Below are positions 18,872 through 25,691 of a stretch of 64,000 bases of DNA, in pieces. The notes beneath the pieces are model-generated. The model was not told the DNA's origin. It made no database searches and saw only the letters and a program-made list of their open reading frames with translations. Origin of the DNA: an uncultured virus (IMG/VR IMGVR_UViG_3300032220_001739) (lineage: Duplodnaviria > Heunggongvirae > Uroviricota > Caudoviricetes); the IMG/VR virus record IMGVR_UViG_3300032220_001739; one strand, given 5' to 3'. Both the position numbers and the translations under genes were made by a program. Within the stretch, counting starts at the first letter, position 1. Every line of letters starts with the position of its first letter.

Positions 18872-20347
18872 TTACGATCTTCCACCTATCCAATCTCTAC
18901 CTCCACCGCCTTTTCTTTTCTTCAACCACCAGGGCAATCCACTGAAATCTAGGCTCTTACCGAAATCAATATTTTTAAGTGGTCCCTTTCGAGTATACTT
19001 GGGTCTAGAGAAATCCCATTCCTCAATGTTAAGGAAATCCTCACCACCACCTCCAGCATAAAAGCTAGCACCTAACTCTATTGTTGTATATTCCAGATAT
19101 GCGCTTAACTGTCCAGGCTCTGATTTATTTCCTTTTGCTGTGAGATTCATTCTCACCTCTACAAATTGTCCAGCGGGCTTACCGGTTTTATTGTCTATGT
19201 TATACTGATCCGTCTTTCCTCCTGTATCCGTTACTTTCCATTTTTTAACAAGCTCAGCATCTTTACCTAGAACTTTTTTCTCTTTGAGAATATTGACTAT
19301 AGCCTCCTCGAAAGAGTCTGCTCTTTTCTTAGCAAGGTCGTCATTCTTTTCTGTGTTTGGTGTGGTCGTCCTAGAAGGGTCATCAAAATCCATTTCTTCG
19401 GCTGGCTCTAATTTTTCAGTACCCCAAACATTACTAGCAGAGGAAAGAACTTCAAGCTTCGATATTTTCATATCGAATTCCGCATCTGGCCCTAGCTTTT
19501 TTATAGCTTCTTTTTTGGCATTCTCTATTTTATCCTCAATTTCTTTGGCAACTTCTTCAGCGAATCCAGATTCCAATTCAGCGGATTCAGTTTTAAATTT
19601 GGAATCTCTTTTAACTGAATCTTTAGTCTCAAATCCAACCTCTTTATCCTGTGTTCCCGAAGCTTCAATGTATGGGGCTTTAGCTGCTAGTTTAGCACCT
19701 GTACCAATTCCATTCACTGGCGGTATTATAATCACCGCAGTCATCGGGTTAGTGGAGCTATTCACCTGCCCCAAAACGAATTTATTCTTGATATTTTTTA
19801 TTGCATTTATCTGCTTTACCTGAAATTTGCCATCCCCAACACCAGCAATTAGATCCTCTGTGTTTTTCTCCGTTACCTTAATTAGTAATTCAGATGCCTC
19901 CATTGCTCCCGCCTCACCTGGAATATTCACAATTTTAAATTGATCGTTTGGTATGATCTGCTCATCCTCTGTTAATTTAACATCCGATGTGTACATCTCA
20001 TTCTTCTTAAGAAGTGTTCTTCTATTATCGGATCTAGTTTTAACTGCTAATCTTATCTTAGGCATTTCCCCGCCTTCTTTCAGATTCTTAATCTCCGATT
20101 TTTCCATACCTGACAATAGAGTAGCTGCAACGCTATATAGAATAGCATCTGCGTATCCGTCCATCTCCATCAGTTCATTAATAACTGCACCGAATTTCTT
20201 TTTCTTAGTCCCGTTGCAATAATCATCGATAGCTTTATCAGCTACGAGTAATAGAGCTTCAAGTGATGCTTTGAATTTTTTATCCGACAAGTCTATTTTC
20301 AATTCCTCCTTCAGGTATTCTGCGAAGTTTAGAAGTCTTTTATTCAT
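18872..20347 (-). CDS. late protein with an inserted OmpA-C-like domain, paralogue of 17058..17975
   Basis: An insert of about 185 aa carrying F....AEL, SSAS and KNDDLAKKRADS. Confidence 0.7.
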   Translation of the reverse strand: MNKRLLNFAEYLKEELKIDLSDKKFKASLEALLLVADKAIDDYCNGTKKKKFGAVINELMEMDGYADAILYSVAATLLSGMEKSEIKNLKEGGEMPKIRLAVKTRSDNRRTLLKKNEMYTSDVKLTEDEQIIPNDQFKIVNIPGEAGAMEASELLIKVTEKNTEDLIAGVGDGKFQVKQINAIKNIKNKFVLGQVNSSTNPMTAVIIIPPVNGIGTGAKLAAKAPYIEASGTQDKEVGFETKDSVKRDSKFKTESAELESGFAEEVAKEIEDKIENAKKEAIKKLGPDAEFDMKISKLEVLSSASNVWGTEKLEPAEEMDFDDPSRTTTPNTEKNDDLAKKRADSFEEAIVNILKEKKVLGKDAELVKKWKVTDTGGKTDQYNIDNKTGKPAGQFVEVRMNLTAKGNKSEPGQLSAYLEYTTIELGASFYAGGGGEDFLNIEEWDFSRPKYTRKGPLKNIDFGKSLDFSGLPWWLKKRKGGGGRDWIGGRS

Positions 20348-20379
20348 TATCTTTTATTTTTGTTTATGTATCCTATTTC

Positions 20380-20673
20380 TTAGTAGTTGTTAGGTAATTG
20401 CCCGGACTCGTATCTAGACTTACCATTCTTTAAAAGAAACTCTAGTTCTAGCCATTGTCTCTTAGTTAGCTCCTTTTTAGTTTTAACCTTGTCCCACATA
20501 TTAGAGAAAAACTTATTGTTATGATGTCTGACGTTTAGCCAGTTCCATAATTTCTCGTAATATTGTACCTCCGCGTCTGTGAACTGTTTCTTTCCTGCGA
20601 GATCCCCGGTGTTTCTATTTTGAGCACCATAATTAGGATGGCTATAGCTCTCAAAAGTTTTGATGTTTTTCAT
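20380..20673 (-). CDS. hypothetical late protein
   Basis: Leader MKNIKTFESY; GATATATA 5 nt upstream. Confidence 0.7.
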   Translation of the reverse strand: MKNIKTFESYSHPNYGAQNRNTGDLAGKKQFTDAEVQYYEKLWNWLNVRHHNNKFFSNMWDKVKTKKELTKRQWLELEFLLKNGKSRYESGQLPNNY

Positions 20674-20762
20674 TTTTCTATATATCAAAATCACATCCAC
20701 AACTGACCTTGTGACACTACTGGATCGAAATAATATTTCGGTTCACCAATATAAATAGAAAC

Positions 20763-20890
20763 GGTCAGGTGGCGGAAAGGGAGATTTATCCTAGGTAAGT
20801 CCCCGCGGTAGACGTGCCTCAATACCCTGGGGTGCTCACAGAAGAGGGTTAACAAAGGTGAGCGTACAGGTTCAATCCCTGGACTGACTA
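20763..20890 (+). ncRNA. tRNA-Leu-like scaffold RNA 1 (hairpin inserted in the D-loop, non-canonical anticodon arm)
   Basis: GGTCAGG-TGGCGGAA..GGTAGACGT...ACAGGTTCAATCCCTGG-ACTGACT-A. Confidence 0.7.
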
Positions 20891-20901
20891 CAAGAAATAT
20901 T

Positions 20902-20929
20902 GGAACTTTTTTTAGAACCAATATATAAT
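20902..20929 (+). promoter_or_regulatory. GRAAY-N17/18-TATAAT promoter class (also at 9815, 10936, 26322, 31864, 55315)
   Basis: The same two boxes, 22-23 nt apart start to start, lie upstream of genes lacking the packaging leader. Confidence 0.55.
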
Positions 20930-20933
20930 CATA

Positions 20934-21008
20934 GTAACTGTTCGCCAGTTCTGTGTCCAGCAATCTTGAGTTGCTGTTGAGATTTAGAAATGAATCGATG
21001 ATACAGGA
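20934..21008 (+). promoter_or_regulatory. structured 5' UTR whose first 12 nt are complementary to the 3' UTR at 22027-22038
   Basis: GTAACTGTTCGC / GCGAACAGTTAC; three-way junction at 20949-21008. Confidence 0.6.
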
Positions 21009-21032
21009 AGAACAAAAAAAGAATAGTAAAAT

Positions 21033-22019
21033 ATGAAAACAAAACAAAAAAGCGGAGCTAGCCTACCGGCTGCCTGGATCGTAAATCCAAAAGACAAAGG
21101 TAGGAAGTCAATCAAAGGAGATAAGATCTATCTCGATAACGGACAGGAATTTGAAATTGAAATTTTCAATCCTCTCACTGAATCAGTTCTAGCTGATATC
21201 CGTTTAAATGGCAACTCAATTTCTAAAACTGGATTGGTTATAAAACCGGGACAGAGAGTCTATCTGGATTGCTTCGTAGATGACAGAAAGAAATTCATCT
21301 TCCAAACCTATGAGGTTGACGGAAGTCAGGAGTCAATCGAGGCAATTGCTGATAATGGTCTTATGGAGGTCTTCTTCTATAAGGAGCAAGCAGTGACACT
21401 TCAGGACTGGAGCAATAGATTCCATAAGGTAATCGTTCACGAGTATCGTCCCTATTATTATCCAGTGTACCCTGCAATTTATCACAGGCCATACTACTAC
21501 GACGGTACTGTTATATGCTCAGGTTACTCCGGATCTCTATTGACAACGACATCTAACCTTACCTTCACAAATGGAACGTATAACACCATAAATGCAACGA
21601 ATAGCTACCTGGTGAATAATAGCGTTACTACTGGAGCTATTAATACCAACACTTCTAGCTTCCTAGGATCCACATTATCGGGGGATGCATCATACTACTC
21701 CTCTCCTGCTAGTGTGCCTATTGAAACCGGCAGAGTCGAGAAGGGAGAAAAATCAGATCAGCAATTTACCTCGGTTGATATGGAATTTGAAAAAAATTAC
21801 ATACACCACTTAGTATTCCAATTGCTACCAAGTTCTAGAAAGCCTAAGTATGTTAAAGAGATGCAGAAGGCTAAGAAGGCAGAGGCTAAGAATAAAGTCT
21901 TAGATGTGAATGATGAAATAATAGATCTCATTAAAAAGCTAAGCGATCTTCACTCATTCGGTATTCTAACCGACGAAGAATTCTCAAATAAGAAATCAGA
22001 TCTATTGTCAAAAATTTAA
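21033..22019 (+). CDS. conserved phage protein with a C-terminal SHOCT-like domain
   Basis: N-terminal EFEIEIFNP beta domain, low-complexity T/S/N linker, and LKKLSDLHSFGILTDEEFSNKKSDLL-type SHOCT tail. Confidence 0.7.
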   Translation: MKTKQKSGASLPAAWIVNPKDKGRKSIKGDKIYLDNGQEFEIEIFNPLTESVLADIRLNGNSISKTGLVIKPGQRVYLDCFVDDRKKFIFQTYEVDGSQESIEAIADNGLMEVFFYKEQAVTLQDWSNRFHKVIVHEYRPYYYPVYPAIYHRPYYYDGTVICSGYSGSLLTTTSNLTFTNGTYNTINATNSYLVNNSVTTGAINTNTSSFLGSTLSGDASYYSSPASVPIETGRVEKGEKSDQQFTSVDMEFEKNYIHHLVFQLLPSSRKPKYVKEMQKAKKAEAKNKVLDVNDEIIDLIKKLSDLHSFGILTDEEFSNKKSDLLSKI

Positions 22020-22041
22020 AAAAATAGCGAACAGTTACACT

Positions 22042-22068
22042 AAAAGGAACCTAAGGGTTCCTTTTTTT
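22042..22068 (+). terminator. intrinsic terminator
   Basis: AAAAGGAACC-TAAG-GGTTCC-T7. Confidence 0.9.
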
Positions 22069-22079
22069 ATCGAATCTTC

Positions 22080-22110
22080 TTTGTTTCTACGTGATTCTTA
22101 TTTACTTTTG
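22080..22110 (+). promoter_or_regulatory. Bacteroidota-type primary-sigma promoter
   Basis: TTTG (22080-83), 19 nt, then TACTTTTG (22103-10); matches the -33/-7 consensus TTTG/TAnnTTTG. Confidence 0.7.
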
Positions 22111-22132
22111 TCTAAAGAATAAAACAGGAAGA

Positions 22133-22651
22133 ATGGCTATAAAAGACATGGTAATATCAAAAGGTAGAAAAAAAGGTATAATACACACACGAGATATCAC
22201 ATTGGATGATATACGTGAGGTGTTCTTTCCTAAGGACTTCAATGAAAAATATGGTTACCTGGGATACATTTACGCATCAGACGATGGTGATGTATGTAAA
22301 GTAATACGACCCCTCGTACTTGCTATGGACAAGAAAGCCAAACCAAAATGGTGTCCGAGATGGTTTCTACGATTATTAGATTTGGTTGGTAACGATAAGT
22401 CTATTGTTCGTGTGCGTAACTATAAAGTGAGTAAGCTATTCCAAAGAATAACCAAGGGAATGAGATTCATGGACTGGAAGACAAAATGGGAATGGTATGA
22501 CTTACGCATCAGTATTGTAGCAGACCAAGAACTACAAGACATGGCTTCTAAGATTGAGAGAGATTATTACAAGAAGGGCAAACAAAAAGATGCTCTTATT
22601 GAATTAATGAAAGAAGATGAGAGAAATGGATTATATGATGATGTTCTATAA
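22133..22651 (+). CDS. hypothetical early protein
   Basis: ATG at 22133, downstream of the host-type promoter. Confidence 0.7.
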   Translation: MAIKDMVISKGRKKGIIHTRDITLDDIREVFFPKDFNEKYGYLGYIYASDDGDVCKVIRPLVLAMDKKAKPKWCPRWFLRLLDLVGNDKSIVRVRNYKVSKLFQRITKGMRFMDWKTKWEWYDLRISIVADQELQDMASKIERDYYKKGKQKDALIELMKEDERNGLYDDVL

Positions 22652-22663
22652 AATTAAAAAACT

Positions 22664-23305
22664 ATGAAAAACGTACATTTGTTACCAACAGACAAACCAA
22701 GCAGGTTAGGTTATTTGACCAAAAAAGGAAAAGATGTCTTTAACAATTTAGTGTTATTTGATATGCTCATGCCTAATATACTTGATAGTGAAAACCAAAA
22801 CATCTACATCACTAATGACGAGGAGATTAAATTTGATGATTATTATTTAGGTGAAGATAATAATCTTTATTGTTTAGTATCTAAAGTTAATTCTAATGGT
22901 AAAAAAATTATTTTAACAACAGACCAAGAATTAATAGATGAGGGTGTTCAACCTATAGATGATGAGTTCTTAGAATGGTTTGTTAAGAATCCAAGTTGTG
23001 AGGAGACTGAGGTTATTTATGGTTTATTTAACACAACGGGAAGACAAGTTGACCCGAATAATTTAGGTCAAAATCATTCCCAATGTGTTTGGCGATACAA
23101 AATCATAATTCCAAAAGAAGATACTAAACAAGAAACACTTGGAGAAGTGGTAAATGCTTTTAAGAAAACTGATGTTTATATCAATGAAATTAAACAAAAA
23201 CAAGAAAGAATGTATAGTGAAATAGATTTAGAAGTAGCTTTTTTTGAAGGTAGAGAAAATAGTCTAACTTTTATTGAATGGTTTAAACAATTTAAAAAGA
23301 AATAA
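22664..23305 (+). CDS. hypothetical early protein (MKNxHxLPTDKPSRL type)
   Basis: 213-aa ORF, very AT-rich. Confidence 0.7.
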   Translation: MKNVHLLPTDKPSRLGYLTKKGKDVFNNLVLFDMLMPNILDSENQNIYITNDEEIKFDDYYLGEDNNLYCLVSKVNSNGKKIILTTDQELIDEGVQPIDDEFLEWFVKNPSCEETEVIYGLFNTTGRQVDPNNLGQNHSQCVWRYKIIIPKEDTKQETLGEVVNAFKKTDVYINEIKQKQERMYSEIDLEVAFFEGRENSLTFIEWFKQFKKK

Positions 23306-23308
23306 GTT

Positions 23309-23686
23309 ATGATACAGGACAAAGAAAATCAAACACCACCAATAGCTGCAGCTATCGTAGTAATGGCAATATTAATTGGAATCTCATTTGCTATTTTTAA
23401 AGCGGGGGAACGTGGATCCTCTGATAAACAACATTATGAGCAACCCGCTATCTCAGACTCGGTAAAACCAGCTCCAGAACAACCCTATGAATCAAAGGAG
23501 GATAGTTTAATAAAACAGCTATATCCTATTTGTGTGGTTGAAGTAAATAAATCTACTCATAAAGAGTATAAGTGGGAAGTGGTAGCAGAGAATGGTTTGA
23601 TGTATTATACCAATAAGAAACCAAAAATTGGTGATCCTGCTTTTTATATCGGCAGTGACAGCGAAACGTTATATTGGACTAAATAA
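23309..23686 (+). CDS. single-TM hypothetical protein
   Basis: N-terminal hydrophobic helix. Confidence 0.65.
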   Translation: MIQDKENQTPPIAAAIVVMAILIGISFAIFKAGERGSSDKQHYEQPAISDSVKPAPEQPYESKEDSLIKQLYPICVVEVNKSTHKEYKWEVVAENGLMYYTNKKPKIGDPAFYIGSDSETLYWTK

Positions 23687-23708
23687 GTTACGGATAAAGA
23701 AGAAAAAA

Positions 23709-23834
23709 ATGGATCGGATAGAAATACACTGGATGACACTTATAGTAAGTACAGTCTTATTAGTACTACTGTTAGCCCGTCTTATAAAGGAACACATACA
23801 GGAAAAGCGCTGGGAAAATAGAAATCGTAAATAG
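23709..23834 (+). CDS. small membrane peptide
   Basis: MDRIEIHWMTLIVSTVLLVLLLARL... Confidence 0.5.
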   Translation: MDRIEIHWMTLIVSTVLLVLLLARLIKEHIQEKRWENRNRK

Positions 23835-23862
23835 AAAGTTACGATACAACGATAAAACAACT

Positions 23863-24048
23863 ATGGAGAAGTTAATAACGAAATTAAAGACCTTGCAAGA
23901 CAGGCAAAAGGAATTAATGTCTATGATGTCAGAAGAAAAGTATGACAATTTTATTTCAGTTTTAAGGGCTAAAGGATATGCTGATAGCATTATAGAATTA
24001 GAGGCAAAAATAGAAGTTTTAATGGATGCTATATCCATATTAAGATAG
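23863..24048 (+). CDS. small coiled-coil protein
   Basis: 61-aa ORF with an A-rich leader. Confidence 0.55.
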   Translation: MEKLITKLKTLQDRQKELMSMMSEEKYDNFISVLRAKGYADSIIELEAKIEVLMDAISILR

Positions 24049-24090
24049 CGGTAAAACAATATACATCGGTGTTACTGCGGAATCCTGTTC

Positions 24091-24098
24091 TATATTTG
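24091..24098 (+). promoter_or_regulatory. Bacteroidota-type -7 box upstream of the RNA cluster
   Basis: TATATTTG in an intergenic gap; the -33 box is weak. Confidence 0.5.
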
Positions 24099-24161
24099 TA
24101 GAGTAATTAAAAACTTAGGCATGAAGGAAGAAAAAGAGTTTAAAATAAAAAAAGGGTAACT

Positions 24162-24263
24162 ATGATGGATCAAATCGGACACTTCGTTCTCTTTACAATA
24201 ATAGGATTGCTAATAGCAATGTTAGTATATCTAGCAGCATGGCAACCTAAAAAATGGAAATAA
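24162..24263 (+). CDS. 33-aa membrane peptide (not in the ORF track)
   Basis: MMDQIGHFVLFTIIGLLIAMLVYLAAWQPKKWK. Confidence 0.5.
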   Translation: MMDQIGHFVLFTIIGLLIAMLVYLAAWQPKKWK

Positions 24264-24295
24264 TGGGATACTGGCTCTGGGCAGATTGAAAACAC

Positions 24296-24320
24296 ACAGG
24301 TTAAAATCCTGTACTGATTA
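24296..24320 (+). pseudogene. degenerate 3' half (T arm plus acceptor strand) of the tRNA-like scaffold
   Basis: ACAGG-TTAAAAT-CCTGT-ACTGATT-A versus the consensus ACAGG-TTCGAAT-CCTGT-CCTGACT-A. Confidence 0.6.
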
Positions 24321-24322
24321 CA

Positions 24323-24479
24323 AAAATAAAACCTCAACAAATAAAGTTGTGAGTTGTATTGAAATAGCCAATTATAAGCCAACATAAAGCTGTTGGGTGC
24401 AGATGGAGTAATTAACCAGGAGCGCAGGCACTGATTGTGACGGTACAACAAATACCCCTCTGAGTTTGGGTTTTATTTT
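24323..24479 (+). ncRNA. structured spacer RNA A
   Basis: 11-bp closing stem AAAATAAAACC/GGTTTTATTTT; nested TTGTATTG/CGGTACAA, CAATTA/TGATTG and CCAACA/TGTTGG stems. Confidence 0.55.
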
Positions 24480-24485
24480 AAATAT

Positions 24486-24584
24486 AGTTAGGTGGCGGAA
24501 TTGGTAGACGCACAAGACGGGCGATGCATTTAAAACAGAAATAAGCCTGGTCGGTTTTTACAGGTTCGAATCCTGTCCTGACTA
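24486..24584 (+). ncRNA. tRNA-Leu-like scaffold RNA 2 (48-nt non-canonical middle)
   Basis: AGTTAGG-TGGCGGAATTGGTAGACGC...ACAGGTTCGAATCCTGT-CCTGACT-A. Confidence 0.8.
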
Positions 24585-24590
24585 CTAAAA

Positions 24591-24673
24591 ATAAGGTGAC
24601 TGCTACAGTCGTAAGGTTCCGGAACCGAGAAGACAAAAAGCCTAAGCATGCAGATGAGCTCGCATGGCCTTAT
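24591..24673 (+). ncRNA. structured spacer RNA B
   Basis: Closing stem ATAAGGT/GCCTTAT; hairpins GACTG/CAGTC, GGTT/AACC and CATGC/GCATG; directly abuts scaffold 3. Confidence 0.55.
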
Positions 24674-24775
24674 AGTCAGGTGGTGAAACGGTAAACGCAA
24701 GGACAGTGGGTTGAATAAATCTGCTTATAAAAGAGGTGTCCGAAAAAGTTGTAGGTTCGAATCCTACCCTGACTA
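24674..24775 (+). ncRNA. tRNA-Leu-like scaffold RNA 3 (52-nt middle)
   Basis: AGTCAGG...GTAGG-TTCGAAT-CCTAC-CCTGACT-A, with compensatory T-stem changes. Confidence 0.8.
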
Positions 24776-24789
24776 CAAAAAATTAAAGC

Positions 24790-24903
24790 ATGAATAAAAT
24801 TAAAAGAACTTATGATTATTATGAAAGATATTGGTTTGGTGGTTTATTAGAACCAATTCTTTTCTGGATGCCTATAATTTTACTAATAGCTAAATGGGTA
24901 TGA
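24790..24903 (+). CDS. 37-aa membrane peptide (not in the ORF track)
   Basis: MNKIKRTYDYYERYWFGGLLEPILFWMPIILLIAKWV; ATGA overlap with the next ORF. Confidence 0.5.
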   Translation: MNKIKRTYDYYERYWFGGLLEPILFWMPIILLIAKWV

Positions 24904-25076
24904 AAAGATTTATTCAATATAACACACAAATATTTTTAGCATGGCTAGTATTCATAGTATTCAGAAAACCAATGTCTAGCGATGCTATGAAATTGATTGA
25001 AAACTCTTACAAAGCAACAGATAGGGAAAAAAGATTACTTAGCAGAATAAAAAAGTTGAATAAGTTAGATTTTTGA
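24900..25076 (+). CDS. small hypothetical protein
   Basis: MKRFIQYNTQIFLAWLVF..., translationally coupled to the previous ORF. Confidence 0.5.
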   Translation: MKRFIQYNTQIFLAWLVFIVFRKPMSSDAMKLIENSYKATDREKRLLSRIKKLNKLDF

Positions 25077-25082
25077 TAAAAT

Positions 25083-25201
25083 AGTCAGGTGGCGGAATTG
25101 GTAGACGCTGCTGTGGGGCGACACCACTCTTTTAAAAACAGCATAAGCTCTTGCAATGATGTACACATTGCAAGGTACAGGTTCAAGTCCTGTCCTGACT
25201 A
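25083..25201 (+). ncRNA. tRNA-Leu-like scaffold RNA 4 (68-nt middle)
   Basis: Conserved ends; TGCTGT/ACAGCA stem around a 23-nt loop; 9-bp CTTGCAATG/CATTGCAAG arm. Confidence 0.8.
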
Positions 25202-25282
25202 CTCTGGGCTCAGTAAAGCCTCTTATCGTAAGATAACGTAACTGAAGTGGATAACCTAGAAATAGGTGACGCTCCACTATGG
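25202..25282 (+). ncRNA. structured spacer RNA C (two GNRA-capped hairpins)
   Basis: TCAGT..TTATC-GTAA-GATAA..ACTGA and AGTGGA..CCTA-GAAA-TAGG..TCCACT. Confidence 0.55.
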
Positions 25283-25362
25283 GGTCAGGTGGCGCAATTG
25301 GAAAACGCAACTCGCGGTGTACACAGAGGAGTGAATTACAGGTTCGAATCCTGTCCTGACTA
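25283..25362 (+). ncRNA. tRNA-Leu-like scaffold RNA 5 (29-nt middle, no 7-nt anticodon loop)
   Basis: GGTCAGG-TGGCGCAATTGGAAAACGC...ACAGGTTCGAATCCTGT-CCTGACT-A. Confidence 0.75.
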
Positions 25363-25578
25363 CACGTTCCGACTAATCATCGGATAGTAAGCCTCATACG
25401 ATGAGAAGTGGTGTGATAGCCGCAGAGGAGAGTTGAAGGTTCGTATATACAAAACCTTCCAGTTGACTACTGACGTCGGTAAAACCCTTCACGAGGGGAG
25501 CAAGACAGTCTATTCCTAACTCAGCAATGAGGACAGCCATAACACCTGTAAGTTGGATAAATAAGGGTGTTTTTATAT
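25363..25578 (+). ncRNA. structured spacer RNA D (about 215 nt, multi-hairpin)
   Basis: Hairpins TCCGA/TCGGA, CTCAT/ATGAG, GTGGT/GCCGC, GAAGGTT/AACCTTC, CCCTT/AGGGG, CTCA-GCAA-TGAG and AACACCT/GGGTGTT; no ORF. Confidence 0.6.
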
Positions 25579-25682
25579 AGTCAGGTGGCGGAATTAGTAG
25601 ACGCTAATAGTATGCCGGTAAGCTTAACACGAAACCGTGTGACTATGTGTTAATCATACAGGTTCGGATACTGTCCTGACTA
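25579..25682 (+). ncRNA. tRNA-Leu-like scaffold RNA 6 (53-nt middle)
   Basis: AGTCAGG-TGGCGGAATTAGTAGACGC...ACAGGTTCGGATACTGT-CCTGACT-A. Confidence 0.75.
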
Positions 25683-25691
25683 CTAAAATAA

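Noticed and set aside
19284..20222. Long antisense ORFs (19284, 19953; likewise 49729, 50467, 50947 and many shorter ones)
   Set aside because: They are shadows of well-supported genes on the opposite strand, with Ser/Phe/Leu-rich junk composition.
20949..21008. Hammerhead ribozyme in the 5' UTR (GTC, CTGTTGA, stem, GAT)
   Set aside because: Core residues deviate: CTGTTGA instead of CTGANGA, and GATGAT instead of GAAA.
25363..25578. RNase P RNA (GAGGAGAGTT after a hairpin; GGTAAAACCC..GGAGCAAG)
   Set aside because: The resemblance is fragmentary: no ACAGAA..CGGCUUA 3' conserved region, no convincing P4 and no P1 closure. An Rfam search would settle it.
24296..25682. CRISPR array (recurring ACAGGTTCGAATCCTGTCCTGACTA with unique spacers)
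   Set aside because: The repeats come as paired 5' and 3' halves that form tRNA arms, spacing is irregular, and no cas genes are in the window.
24486..25682. Ordinary decoding tRNA-Leu genes or intron-containing tRNAs
   Set aside because: No copy has a canonical 7-nt anticodon loop. The inserts are far too short for group I introns, and I could not find a consistent splice that restores an anticodon arm.
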